Source: Octopus sinensis (taxonomy: Eukaryota). Taken from it: a DNA stretch of 64,000 bases. Under the pieces are notes generated by a model, which did no database searches, was not told the DNA's origin, and saw nothing but the letters and a program-made list of their open reading frames with translations. The DNA is taken from contig NC_043004.1 in the NCBI RefSeq assembly GCF_006345805.1, positions 46,376,001 to 46,440,000 of the forward strand, written 5' to 3'. Positions 26,170-39,684 of this stretch are shown piece by piece; the stretch's first letter is position 1, and the number at the start of each line of letters is the position of its first letter. A program made the translations under genes and the position numbers.

Positions 26170-27180
26170 GTAACGTATGAACTTCTCAAGACCTGTAACA
26201 AAGAAATTTTAAAATCTCATAGTTAAGCGATGAAAAAGAGCTAAAGAAGGTTTGCAAAACCTGATCTTAACCTAGGAATAGACGATGCGCCGAAAACATT
26301 TCTATTGCGTTCAGCATGAATTGCTTACCTGCAACTAGAAACCGACTGGATACATACGCTGGTTCCAAAGCATGAAGATACCAAAATTTTGCCCTCAGTC
26401 ACTAAAAACTGAAAAAAAAATAAAACTTCTGCAAATGCAGTTAGACGAACCAGCAACCGAATAAAATGCATTCCCTTTTGACAAAGCAAAACACGTAAGA
26501 AATTATAGCCAAACAAATTAGCCTCCACTAGCCTAAGGAGAAATGGGAGCATGGCAATCACCCAAGTAGTGATAGTGACCCTGATATAGAACAAGCCCTT
26601 ACACATCAGTGGCTCATATGCTCTAATCTCAAACTAGAGACTGAGGAGTATGATTTTGCTGCTCAGTGTCAGTGCCTTCCAACTAGGAATTCCCACACTA
26701 ATGTTCTGAAATGTGAAAAGAACAAGCGAAATGTGCCGCGTGAACAGAGATCAGCTAGAAACAATCGCCAGAATAATCTCTAGAGACGGTCGACAGAGAT
26801 CAATAGAGTACTTGCAAAAATATGGCAGCACCGCTGAGAAAACACCCTGGGCAATACACCGTACATACCACTTCTGTCAAAAAGATAATTAGGGGGAACC
26901 AAAACTACCACAAGTTGTCCACAATGCTAAGTATACTATCCCTCGGAAATTCAGTGTGCCGACTGATCGACAAATACTGGGCAACCGTTTAGCTTATTAA
27001 GAAAACCCATGTTGAAAAAAAAACTTGTCTATCGATTGTTGTTGCAAGCGAACAAAGTTCACTAGCAGTGGTGGAATTGCCAAGTAAACGTATCTGCCTC
27101 TTTGGTCTATATTTTTGAAAACATGATATCCAGGACAAATAGCACAGCTTATTAGGCTTTCTACAATGTTTCTGCTGTGT
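26170..27180 (+). pseudogene. R4-like RLE non-LTR retrotransposon 3' fragment
   Basis: LTHQWLICSNLKLETEEYDFAAQCQCLPTRN resembles the WL..LK.ETEG.I.AAQDQ.L.TRNY block that precedes the CCHC knuckle. Confidence 0.65.
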
Positions 27181-27208
27181 GACGTAGAGGCTCCTATTTC
27201 AAACTAGC

Positions 27209-27257
<49 letters not shown>

Positions 27258-27264
27258 ATATATA

Positions 27265-27295
<31 letters not shown>

Positions 27296-27392
27296 AAAAG
27301 TATATATATATATATATAATATATATATATATATATTCAGAGACAAAGAGAAGGGGAGACAGACAGACTGATAGATAGATATATAGATAGAG

Positions 27393-27467
<75 letters not shown>

Positions 27468-28228
27468 TAGTGAAGAACTAAGTTATCTTTTGTCGTAAAT
27501 AGATTTGCAAACGCTAAACAATTTTATAAAGATATGAAGAAGAACACACACATATCGTTATCAATAGTTTTCTGTACGTATATCGTATAGACGTGCGTGT
27601 GAGAATGATTTGGGTTTACGCACAATTACCACTGTGTAGCTCAAACGAAGTAATATTTAATTATTATCGAAAAGTGATTCATTCCACTGAAATATTTCAT
27701 TGAATAATTATAAGTTTTCTTTAGATGGACAAACATAATTTAAAAACTGCTTCAGTTGTTAAAGGTTTGTAGGTACGTTGCTTAATGTAGAGTTTCGTTT
27801 CTATGGTTACAATAAAACTGATTAATGCGCTCGTCAGGAAAACTACAACATAATACAATAATTGTAAATGGTGTCTTACAGAAGGAGCTAATTCCAAAAA
27901 CTGAAAATTGCAAATACCAAATTTTGCACCACAGAGCTAGATTTGACCACTTTTCTGACACTAGTTTCAATCCGTTGACTTGATATTATAAACTGTTCAA
28001 TGCCATTGCCAACTCAGAGCAAAGAGAATGAAGCTGTGAACTAGAGAGAAGTGCAACAAATAGAAATACTTATGCATACATAGACACATATATACACACA
28101 CATTCACTCGAAAATATACTTAAGTGATAGAGAAGGGGGGAAAGGGGAGGCAGTGGGAGAAATAGAGGGAAGAGGGTGTGTGAGTGAGGAATATTAATTT
28201 CATTAGTATAATTTCAATCAAATTCCAG

Positions 28229-28378
28229 TATTAATCGAGTTGATTCCAGTTGAAACAGTCACTGTTAAATTAATTGTTTCTCCTGACGGTCTAAATGTAA
28301 ATATAAGCGGTGCTTCACTATTTTACAAAATTACTAGCAATAAACTTCTCAAGTGTGTTTACATGCCTTCCTGTGTAG
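28229..28378 (+). other. Candidate internal coding exon, 150 nt, phase 1-1
   Basis: aattccag|...|gtttgg; open frame LIELIPVETVTVKLIVSPDGLNVNISGASLFYKITSNKLLKCVYMPSCV; no homology recognised. Confidence 0.2.
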
Positions 28379-28383
28379 GTTTG

Positions 28384-28432
<49 letters not shown>

Positions 28433-28551
28433 ATAGGCAGAGCTAGTAACTTACATATATATTTACACAAGTTTGCGCATATTTCATATGGATATATGTA
28501 CATATAAGTACATACGTAGACAGATACACATATCACACAAATATATATACA

Positions 28552-28611
<60 letters not shown>

Positions 28612-29828
28612 GTGTGTGAATTGGTAATCATTTACATGCGATTTGAAGTTTCTATATACAAATATAAAATGTAAATACGCATTCGTAACTATGTGTGTGT
28701 GTACGTTGTGTGTGTGTTTATATATACACATATTCATATATATATATAAATATATAAATATATATATATATATACCATAAATACTTATGCAGATATTTAT
28801 AAAGACACATATATGTGTATGTATATATATGTGTGAGTATGTGTAAGCAATGGCTTGTATAATGCATATAAATCTATAAACATATGTGCATATACGTAAG
28901 TACTTATACATGTGCGAGCACGCATGTGACGTGTGACTTTAATCATATATTTTATATACAAATACACACGCAAAGCTTGTGTGTATATATATATATATAT
29001 GCATACATACTCACACCCAGACACGCACACACGCATGCTTATACACATACGTGCACATTCTTACGTATATACTTGTTTTATTTTTAAACTGATTATGTGC
29101 GCTTTCAATTAATAGCGAAAGACTGCATGTAGCGTTAATTACTTCTCTACTAACAACGCCCACCAGAGTAGCTGCTGCTATAGAATTGTAGAATGGGAGA
29201 GACAATACTACTGAACAGAATAGAAACACCAGTCCTCTCTGCACTTATAATTCTGCAATTAGAAACTATGCCAGCACTAGCATCATTGAGAGTTCTTTTT
29301 GGTTAAAACAAAAACATCTAAAAGAAAAAATAATGTTTGCTTGTCGTTTGAAAAGAAGCATTAACCATATCGAGACACACATATCGAAAGCATTCATATT
29401 CATTTGAATAAAATAAAATGAAATATAGCACGATATAGAATCAATAGAGATCGAAATATTCAATATATCTGTATATTAGAAGGTAGGTGATTTCACGAAA
29501 GCTGAAGGCGGGAAATACATTAGCTGCTCAATAAATCGCTGTAGTAATTTCTTTGATCTGCAAGTTAACAGGACAGAGAGATTACAAGGACGCACAGTTT
29601 TTATATGAATGGTTTAGAGAAATGGAATAATCTTTGTATAAGTTTATACAAAGAGAAGTAATAATACAACAGAAAATGTAAAACCACAAATTGAAATTAA
29701 TTTCTCTTTTCTCTTCACCTCTTTCTAAATTTTCTATATGTCTCTAGCTGATGCCAACTTATAAATTCTGTTTATGACACATGAAAAATGTTCCGATAAT
29801 ATGCTATTATTGCTTGTGATATATATAC

Positions 29829-29897
<69 letters not shown>

Positions 29898-29941
29898 TAT
29901 TAAACAACAATGGTACCTAAACTTATACATTCTACATAAAG

Positions 29942-29982
<41 letters not shown>

Positions 29983-30065
29983 ACACACATATATATATAT
30001 ATTATATACATGTCTATTTGTGTGTACTTGCATATATCCATATCTGTATATATATTTATATCTAA

Positions 30066-30100
<35 letters not shown>

Positions 30101-30136
30101 AGTTTATATATATATCTATATCTAAACGTATCAATA

Positions 30137-30167
<31 letters not shown>

Positions 30168-30372
30168 TAAACAACAATCGCACATATGCATCCACATAAA
30201 ACGACACGTATTTATATATACGTTTGTATTTGTGTGTGTTTGGTGTACTTGTATATAACCATATTTCTCTGTCTATATATATAAGTGTATATATATTTAT
30301 ATATTAATATATGTATATGTATATATATACATATATATATATAACCGTGTATATATATTTCTATATATAACC

Positions 30373-30425
<53 letters not shown>

Positions 30426-31999
30426 TTAAAATGACGTTAGAATTAGAATACATTGTAAGTGGTTTTGTATGAAAACTCTTATTCATTTGGTAACTGAGAG
30501 TGTACCTAATGGCTATAGATATCATGATTAAAGGATTGGTGTAAAGGGTTATTATGTGTATTTAGCATTAGTATTGCAAAGCGTGGATATTAATACCTCT
30601 GCATACAAGAGTTATTCTACGTGATAACACAGATACAAAGCAAAATAAAAACGTACTTTGGTATACATAAATTTCACTATTGAGATTTTACTCGGCCAAT
30701 ATACTCTTATATAGAACTGTACATACCTGCAGACATTCACACCTATGATCACACACACAAACACACACACATACACTCACACATATATGTACATGTATAC
30801 GCACGTACACGCGTACATACGTATATACAAAAATACATACATGCTTACGTATGTATGTGTGTGTATGTATACATCAGTCATGCGTACATACATATATACA
30901 AAAATACATACATACATACTTACGTATGTGTGTGTGTGTATACATCAGTCATTTTATCTCGTAATCGTTTAATTCATTTTGATATTATTATAAGGAAAAA
31001 GATTAAAACATGATTTGACCATAGTAACTGTAGTCTGCATCAATCGGTACTAAAACGTTTTTTTGTGTGATTGGCCATGTAATGGAAACTTTTAAAATCA
31101 TCACCACTTTAATAACTAGTTATACCTGAGTACTTCCTGACGATCACTAAATATTATTCAGCATAACAAAAACATTAATTGCAATATGTGTCTATTATTT
31201 TATTCTGACCCGCTCTCTAATGTACTACTATCGTTTGCAATCATTACAAAGAGAAAAATTTGTAGGTGGTGATAAGTTTGGCTGATTTTATATTCCTCTT
31301 GTAACATATAACTGATGCATCTTCCATTATATATGCACGTCTTTCTACTCCTCAATTTTAACGTCAATATTCTCTGATGCGATGTTGTTCAATTTACTTG
31401 ACACATAATATTAATGTCCGCTTCATTTCTGTATATACGTATATACATATATTACTTTACCAATGAATTTGGAAATACTGTTAAAAAAAATGAAAGATAT
31501 ATTTGTTACCTGTTTTTATTTCCTGAAATGTTATTCTCTATTATATGAATAATTATTACTGCTTTGCCAAAAAGAGGGTGTGGTGTGTATAAGCAAACAT
31601 ACTGATACTATAATGGTATGAATTTAGTCCCTCTGTTTCTATCAACGGACACCCATTTCAACGGTGTCTTTTTGATAACAAAACTTTAGCTGTTATCACT
31701 GGTGGGTGGAGAGAGAAATGAGTTCAATTCCAGATTAATTTTTGAATAAAGTTGTTAGCAGTTTGTTGAAATAACAGCACATGAGCTCAAAAATCTGCAG
31801 TGTCTTTTAGAGTGTTGGAAAATGTAAGCCAATATTTGTCACCCTAAAAGAATAGGTGTATACATATCATGAGCATTTTCATATCAATTATTTATACACT
31901 TATTTAATACAGTCATAATTACGAATAAAATTAAGGAAATTTTTCCTGTTTTGTATGTATTAATTAAGCTTCAAACGGCCGCAATTGTTCGGTCATATT

Positions 32000-33215
32000 A
32001 CAGAGTAGATATATATTATATAACACTTCGCTGACTGACAGGTGACGGTCGTTTAAAGAATGCGCGGGCTAAAACTACGCGCCTTCACTAGTCAGTTAAG
32101 GTGAGACGGTGTCACGTGACAACTTGCTGGGGCTGTCTGCTGGAGCCTTGCGGGAGGTATTTAAAGGGAAAAATTTGACAATCAGTCAGTCGTCCGCTGA
32201 CACTCGCTGACGCTACATCGAAGAGGCCATGGAACAGAAGAAAGAAGACATGCACCCAACACCAGAGCTGAAGACACCTCCAAAAATGTGTGGGGGGGGG
32301 GTGTCACGTCAAAACGGTAGAGGAGTAGGGCCCGAAACCGGACGTGGTTCCTCATGATGATGTCTTGAGCTTACTGGATCCTATAAAGGAGCTGTTGTGG
32401 TAGCAGACCACGAAACACGGTTGTGATTCCTTTCTAAGACAATTCCACAAAGTTTTACTTAAGAACTTTAAAACAGTAAGATGGACAGCAATCCACTTTA
32501 TGGATTCATTCCGCGTCCTTGATTCTGAACTCTGCCTAGAGACATACCTAACAGAATACAGTTTTCCCGTTCATCTTCTGCGAAACCTATGACCACTAAG
32601 TATTTAGTCCATTGGAATTCCGGAGTAACATATATTACGTTAAGACAAATATAATAATACCAAATTTAGAATAATTAATAGTAAATCCCAATCGCAGACT
32701 CTCTACAATCATGAAATATACAGAACTTCATGCACCGCATACAATTTTCAGGAGAGGACCAAAATGATAGAATCAGAATTTACACAGTGTTGAAGAAAAA
32801 GAAGGCTTTGTAGGAAATGGTTCTAATACGACTTGCCATAGATATCGTAAAAACTAAGCAACGGGTTGCAAATGTTAGGTAAGAGTTTAGACAAGGCGGC
32901 TAACTTTCTACGTGCAATCCCGAGTTCCTTCATGACAGAATGGAGTTTTTACTGCTACTGTGTGTAACACGAATACCTTGATCAACAATGAAACAAGAAA
33001 AGTAGCTTATCATCTACAATGTATGGAGCGGGGAATGTAAGAAACCGACCAAAAACATAGATAGTGGAAGCTATACGAACAACAGCTGAGAGAATGGATG
33101 CGTATTAGAAGGATTATAGTGATAGCAAACATGCATCGGTTCTGTATTAGCATGCTAAGATTAAACATAACGGCATACTGGATTACAGTGACAAAAGATT
33201 TATATCAATATAACC
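32000..33215 (+). mobile_element. Probable retroelement (PLE-like) 5' region: promoter-like segment followed by a decayed ORF start
   Basis: CpG-rich block with GTCACGTGAC (32111-32120), TATTTAAA (32158-32165), ATG at 32481, then broken reading frames. Confidence 0.3.
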
Positions 33216-33220
33216 ATATA

Positions 33221-33633
33221 GGTGTAGGGGTGGCTGTGTGGTAAGTAGCTTGCTTACGAACCACATGGTTCCGGGTTCAGTCCCACTGCATGGCATCTTG
33301 GGCGAGTCTCTTCTACTATAGCATCGAGCCGACCAAAGCCTTGTGAGTGGATTTGGTAGACGAAAACTGAAAGAAGCCCGCCGTATATATGTATATATAT
33401 ATGTATGTGTATGTGTATATGTTTGTGCGTCTGTGTTTGTCCCCCACGAACATCGTTTGATAACCGATGCTGGTGTGTTTACGTCCCCGTAACTTAGCTG
33501 TTCGGCAAAAGAGACCGACAGAATAAGTACTGGGCTTACATAAGAATAAGTCCTGGGGTCGATTTACTCGAGTAAAAGGTGGTGCTCCAGCATGGCCACA
33601 GTCAAATGACTGAAACAAGTAACAGAGAGAGTA
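33221..33633 (+). mobile_element. tRNA-derived SINE, same family as 15474
   Basis: Full-length match. Confidence 0.9.
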
Positions 33634-33809
33634 TATGACGCACTATACACGAATCTACAATGATTAACGAATGACATTCATGACTTGACGAGAGTTATGT
33701 ATAAGGCGCAATGACCTCCCAATCCCCACCATCCCCAACATACTCTATCAGATATAGTCAATATATATCGTTTACGAATCGATATACATATGTATACCAG
33801 TGTGATGCT

Positions 33810-34180
33810 GATGCATAGACTTTGCCTTTCATCCTTTCAGGCTCAGTAAAATATGCATCAAGTGAAAACCGAGGGTCGATGTAATCGACTTAGTCCCGCC
33901 CTCCTTCGAAATCACTGGCGTTATGCAAAAACTGAAAATCAATATTTTATCAATTTCAGGTGCGCGCGCTAGCAGAATCGTGAGAGTGCCGAAGAAAATA
34001 CTTGCTTGACAATATTTTACGCGTCTTTAACGTTCTGAGTTCAAATACATCGGTATTCACCTTCGTCTTTCATACTTTTGGAATCGATAAAATACGTACC
34101 GGATGTTCACTAGCGTCTTTGTAATCGGCTTAACGCCTCCTACAAAACTGATGGCTTTGTAGCAAAATTTGAAACCAGTA
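33810..34180 (+). mobile_element. Two adjacent Nin/Deu-like SINE copies, one partial and one degenerate full-length
   Basis: gactttgcctttcatcctttc core at ~33815; tRNA head plus core at 33958-34180. Confidence 0.6.
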
Positions 34181-34539
34181 TTTCATCAATTTCAAGTGGT
34201 ACTATCATGATAGTACCAAATATCATGATATGTTATTCATTGTGTTTTAAATAGTTACGTACTTTTTCTGCCTTCGATCTTATACTATACCGACCGACAG
34301 GGAACAAATATCCTTTTGTAAAAATATCCTTACACTTTCTCAATAAAATACCTAGTATATTCATGCAAACGCATAATGAGTAACAGAGGCCGGTACCGCC
34401 TCTATATGCATTTCTGCTCTGGAATCGTTATATCAGTAAAATTCTAAGCAATGAAAAACGAATTAACAGCGAAGAATTCCAATTCGACATCAGCAGAAAT
34501 GTTTTAAATTTGTGATGTTTAAAAATATACCAGCAATGT

Positions 34540-35450
34540 CGCCGTCATTACCGACGTCTTATACGAACCATTCTCATCATCCATCACGTTAGGTTTAGTA
34601 TCGTCAACGTTATTGTCATTATGATCACAATGTTGATCATCATTCGCTGAGGTTGGCTTTGCTTTCATCCTTTCGGGGTCGATAAATTTAGTACCAGTTG
34701 CGTACTGGGGTCAAGCTAATCGACTGTCCCCCTCCGCCCAAATTTCTCACCTTTGCCTAGAGTAGAAAAGAAAGTTGATCATCATCACTGCGTTGTTGTC
34801 CTCATCCACGTGATCATAAAAATCCTTTTTGTCATCATGATCGTCCTCATCGTGTCGTCGACGACATCGATATATGCTCGTCACCACAACCATCACATCC
34901 CTGTCATGGTCTTCATCAACACCACCATCACCACTTCCGGCTTCGCTACAACCAGCGCCATCATCACCAACACCATTGTTACCTCCACCAACAATAAATG
35001 CCCCATCACCACCACCAACTCCATCATCATCATGAGCGTCATCATCACCATCGTCGTCATCACCACCACCACCACTACCATCAATATTATCCTCATCACC
35101 ATCATCATCAAACTGTCATCGTCAACAAACACGAGAAGGGCATTATAAACGAACAGCATCTCTAACAATAGCATCACGATCCACAGGTTAAATACTACAT
35201 CTTTTGAGAACGATGGACGCCACAAAATACAGCGCCGAATAAAGGATAGCGGCAAAGCTTACAAGGTATAAAATATATAGATATTAACATTTCAACAGTA
35301 GAAATTCTTCATGTACCAACACCACTACCACCGCTAGCACAAACAGCATCTCAGCCATCAGCAGTACCGAAGCCACCAAAAACGCCAATAATATCTCCAC
35401 CAATTCCATTACTATCGTAGCTGCAACAGTCGCCGCCGCATGTATGGAAG
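34540..35450. repeat. (CAT/CAC/CGT)n degenerate trinucleotide low-complexity region
   Basis: Directly visible. Confidence 0.85.
34645..34770 (+). mobile_element. Nin/Deu-like SINE 3' half
   Basis: gctttcatcctttcggggtcgataaatttagtaccag...gcctagagtagaaaag. Confidence 0.7.
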
Positions 35451-35831
35451 CACATAAGGCTTCAGTAGCGGCGGATGTAACACTGTAACAAGAGGAAATG
35501 TAGACATATATATCGATAGTGAAATATGTCTTCTAATATTCAATGCGATATTACGAGAGGCCTGTTGGCTAGACGTAATGCATTTGTCGAGGGAACAATA
35601 AAGAGGCTATAACAGAATAATAATGGAATATTAATGTGAGGAATTTAGATAAATATGGAGCATATCATATTGGACAAGAACACTCTAAGCAAAGAAAACA
35701 CGCTAGACTCGCGGGAGGAAAGTGCTAGAAGGAAGAAGAAAAAAGAATACAGACATAGGATATCAAAGGGAAGTATTTGTCTGTTACCAATTCCTATACA
35801 AAGTGAAGTGATTCATATACACGTGTACGCT

Positions 35832-35877
<46 letters not shown>

Positions 35878-36074
35878 TAAATAGATAGATAGATATAGGT
35901 ATGCACATATATATATATATACGTGTACACATATATAGATATAGATAGAGTTATAGTTATATCCATATATAGTACGTATATATGTACGTATATAGTGTGT
36001 ATATTAAATATATAATTTAATATATACATTTTACTGAAGAGATAATAAATTGTGTGTATTAAATGATATATATA

Positions 36075-36126
<52 letters not shown>

Positions 36127-36211
36127 GGATGGACTACTTTTCTTGCTGATCCTACCTATAATAGAACTGTATATAGTAAATATGCACACTACATACACAT
36201 ATATAAAATAT

Positions 36212-36247
<36 letters not shown>

Positions 36248-36709
36248 AGGCAATTCGTTGCTAAACCCTTTATTGCTTAGTATATATATATATATATATA
36301 TTATATTTATATATATATATGTGTATATATATTATATATATACGCACACACTACGCGATTGTGAATGTGTGTACATATCTATGCACATATGTATATATGT
36401 TTTTATGTACAAACCTATATATATGCATATATGTATCTGTGTCTCCCCGTATGTGTGTGTGTGTGTATTTTTGTGTGTCAGTGAGTGTGTGTGTGTGTGT
36501 ATCTATGTGTGTGTGTGTGTGTATGTATGTATGTGTGTGTGTTTCACAACCAAAGGCAACGAAGCGTTACTGTACAAGAAAGTGTATAAATGTGTTAAAA
36601 CAAGCGAAAAGCCGTAAATGAAAATAATATAACTGAAAATACAAAGACTATTGGTAACTAGATAGGTTATGGGTAATATGTCTCTATACACACATACGCA
36701 TATACATAC

Positions 36710-36758
<49 letters not shown>

Positions 36759-36862
36759 TGTATGTATGCATATATATACACACATATACAGACATATATA
36801 TAGATATGTTTATATATATATACATATATATCTATGTATATATATACACACAGACACATCCA

Positions 36863-36927
<65 letters not shown>

Positions 36928-36940
36928 TATATATACATAA

Positions 36941-36973
<33 letters not shown>

Positions 36974-38590
36974 ATATATATATATATATATACATATATA
37001 TATGCAAGTGCACACACACGGACAGATACACACATTTATGTATGCATGTATATTAGAAGTGTGCATGTGGAGTGTTTTTGTTTGTTGAGAGTAATATTAA
37101 GAGAAATAGAGAAGAAAAACTAGCATAAACTAATGACGAAAACGACAGTGAAGTCTGAATGAGTAGCTGATTCTATAGAAAATGAAAGAGTTTATCGAGA
37201 AAATGAAAGAAAATTGAAGGAGATGAATATATAATAGCGAAAGTGGTAAATAAAATTTATAAATGTGCGCATGTGAATTTGAAGGTGCTTGTGGTGGGGA
37301 GTAGAGATCAATACAACATGAATATAAGTATAAAAATAGAACATTGTGCTGAAGCGCATCATTTAGCAACAATTATATCTAATTCTGAAAGTAAAGGCAG
37401 AATTTTATCGAAGTATGTATTATTGTTTCAGAAATGTCTTCCAATTGGTGAAGAGTAAAAGCAATTACTTTTACCTAAAAGGCTAATAACTGATGCATAA
37501 ATTTATTGCGAATATAGAATGTTTTGTGTAAATGGACGCCGTTCGGTATACTTAAAAGCGTGGCTTTCTTCTTATTTTACTGTCTTGTAGATGTTACTTA
37601 TTCATATAGAGTATCGAGTGGGAGAGATATTAGTTGTAATGAAAAGAATTTGCTTAAAGTGATAAGTATAGATTTCTGTCCATTGAAGCTGAGCTGAGGA
37701 TTTCCGAATCAATAGTTTTTCATTGCGATCAACAAAGTTTTGATGTTTTCTATTCCATAAGTTGCCTTTTGGTGTATAGTTTATAGTTGGCCAAAGCACT
37801 AAAGTTACTACTTGATGTGAAAGTCCTAAATGTAAAATAACGCAATGATTGTTAATCTTAACTCATTAATCATCAGTTAAACAAACAAACAGAAAAACTA
37901 AACACTTGTTTATTAGTACACATCTAATAAATAACTACATGTTAATCTCATAGGGATTGGGGAATCACTGTATATGATTCTGGCATCCCTAGAAATACTA
38001 ACTGTATAAAATTAGTCAATACAACATTGAACAGCTTTGAATTTTCTTCGGAATATTTCCATTAATAAAACTAATTTTTCAATCTGTAATATTTGCTGAC
38101 AATCCGATAACGACGCTGATGGAAATACAGTAAGTTAAAATCGTTTAAGTAGCATATACCTTAGAGGGAAAGAAAATTTCTTGTGAATTTTTTTTGTTTT
38201 CGAAAAAATTTTATCCTACATTACATGTAAATTTGATAGTGTTCACTTCTGGACATTCTCACTCTGTGAAAGTTTCTAATTCAAATCACCCGTGCCTCGA
38301 GATGTGCTGAAAATTTTCTATTTTGGATATATTTGGGGTACTTAGGTCTGCTCAGGACTTAGTGCTTGCTTTTTCCATGAGAATGAGTATTTCATTTAGG
38401 TCTTACGCATTTATCGCTGAGGAGGAGAAAATTCTTATGAATTAACTTTGAAATTGGAACCAATACGGCAATAACGGAATTTTTAAAAAATTTCTATCGG
38501 CTTGTTTCGAGACGCATAAATTATAATGGTTATTGACAATTTGTCTATTTTCAGCATATTTGGCATTAGAATTTTTCTTTTGCCCTTATT

Positions 38591-38645
<55 letters not shown>

Positions 38646-38647
<2 letters not shown>

Positions 38648-38962
38648 CGCAGGAGTGGCTGTGTGGTAAGTAGCTTGCTAACCAACCACATGGTTGCGGG
38701 TTCATTCCCACTGCATGGCATCTTCGGCAACTGTCTTCTGCTATAGCCCCGGGCCGACCAATGCCTTGAGAGTTGATTTGGTAGACGGAAACTGGAAGAA
38801 TCCTGCCGTATATATGTATATATATGTGTGTGTGTGTGCGTGTGTTTGTGTGTCTGTGTTTGTCTCCCTAGCATTGCTTGACAACCGATGCTGGTGTGTT
38901 TACGTCCCCGTCACTTAGCCGCAGTCAAATGACTGAAACAGGTAAAAGAGTAAAATAGAGTA
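38646..38962 (+). mobile_element. tRNA-derived SINE with an internal 3' deletion of about 95 nt
   Basis: Head and body match the family; cttagc is joined directly to cgcagtcaaatgactg. Confidence 0.88.
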
Positions 38963-39007
38963 TATATATATATAAACAGGTCGTTTATCTATGATGCGTT
39001 CAGAACC

Positions 39008-39056
39008 AGTCTTGCTGATGAGTACGTAAGTACGAAATCACAGGTGATACAAGACT
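39008..39056 (+). ncRNA. Type I hammerhead ribozyme, copy 1
   Basis: AGTCTTG-CTGATGA-GTAC/GTAA/GTAC-GAAA-TCAC/AG/GTGA-TA-CAAGACT; predicted cleavage after 39049. Confidence 0.92.
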
Positions 39057-39472
39057 AAATTCATTTTTTAAATGTCTTGCTTTGAAAAATTGCATTTGGG
39101 TGGGATTAGTAAAATTTTTGGTAGAAATGACTAATGTCCCTCTTAGCGTGTGGCATGTATGTATAATAATGCCCTCTATATATGAATTAATATGTTCAAT
39201 AAGAAAGAATTATTTTCGGAAATCTTCTCTTATGAGGTTTTTCACGCTATCTACCTGATAATTTCTTGTTAAGATTCCTTATAAAGAAGTTATCCTTAAT
39301 TGTTAAATAATTTTATTCCGAAAAAACTTTTCCATCCGAAATGCAATTCGAAGAAGCCTGCCATTTACCGGATGTATTATATGTAAACTTCCCCATGTGC
39401 TTCGTTGGGGTTGAACAGTTAGCTGTTTGGCTTCGACGAGACAGGTCGTTTATCCATGATGCGTTCAGAACC

Positions 39473-39521
39473 AGTCTTGCTGATGAGTACGTAAGTACGA
39501 AATCACAGGTGATACAAGACT
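39473..39521 (+). ncRNA. Type I hammerhead ribozyme, copy 2 (identical)
   Basis: Same sequence; predicted cleavage after 39514. Confidence 0.92.
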
Positions 39522-39641
39522 AAATTCATTTTTTAAATGTCTTGCTTTGAAAAATTGCATTTGGGTGGGATTAGTAAAATTTTTGGTAGAAATTACTAAT
39601 GTCCTTCTTAGCGTGTGGCATGTATGTATAATAATGCCCTC

Positions 39642-39684
<43 letters not shown>

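Larger units (their letters stand above)
38976..39648 (+). mobile_element. Retrozyme-like element: 465-nt unit in ~1.45 tandem copies (208-bp direct repeats), each repeat carrying an HHR
   Basis: 38976-39183 and 39441-39648 differ at 3 positions; no long ORF; (TA)n on both flanks. Confidence 0.85.

Noticed and set aside
29011-29244. Signal-peptide-like ORF (MQRGLVFLFCSVVLSL...)
   Set aside because: Starts at GTG right after an in-frame stop and runs into microsatellite; no consistent exon chain found.
32268-32352. Hammerhead at CTGAAGA with downstream GAAAC
   Set aside because: Stem II does not abut GAAA and stem I pairing is 3 bp or less.
34753-35255. His/Thr/Ile-rich ORFs
   Set aside because: Products of degenerate CAT/CAC trinucleotide repeats.
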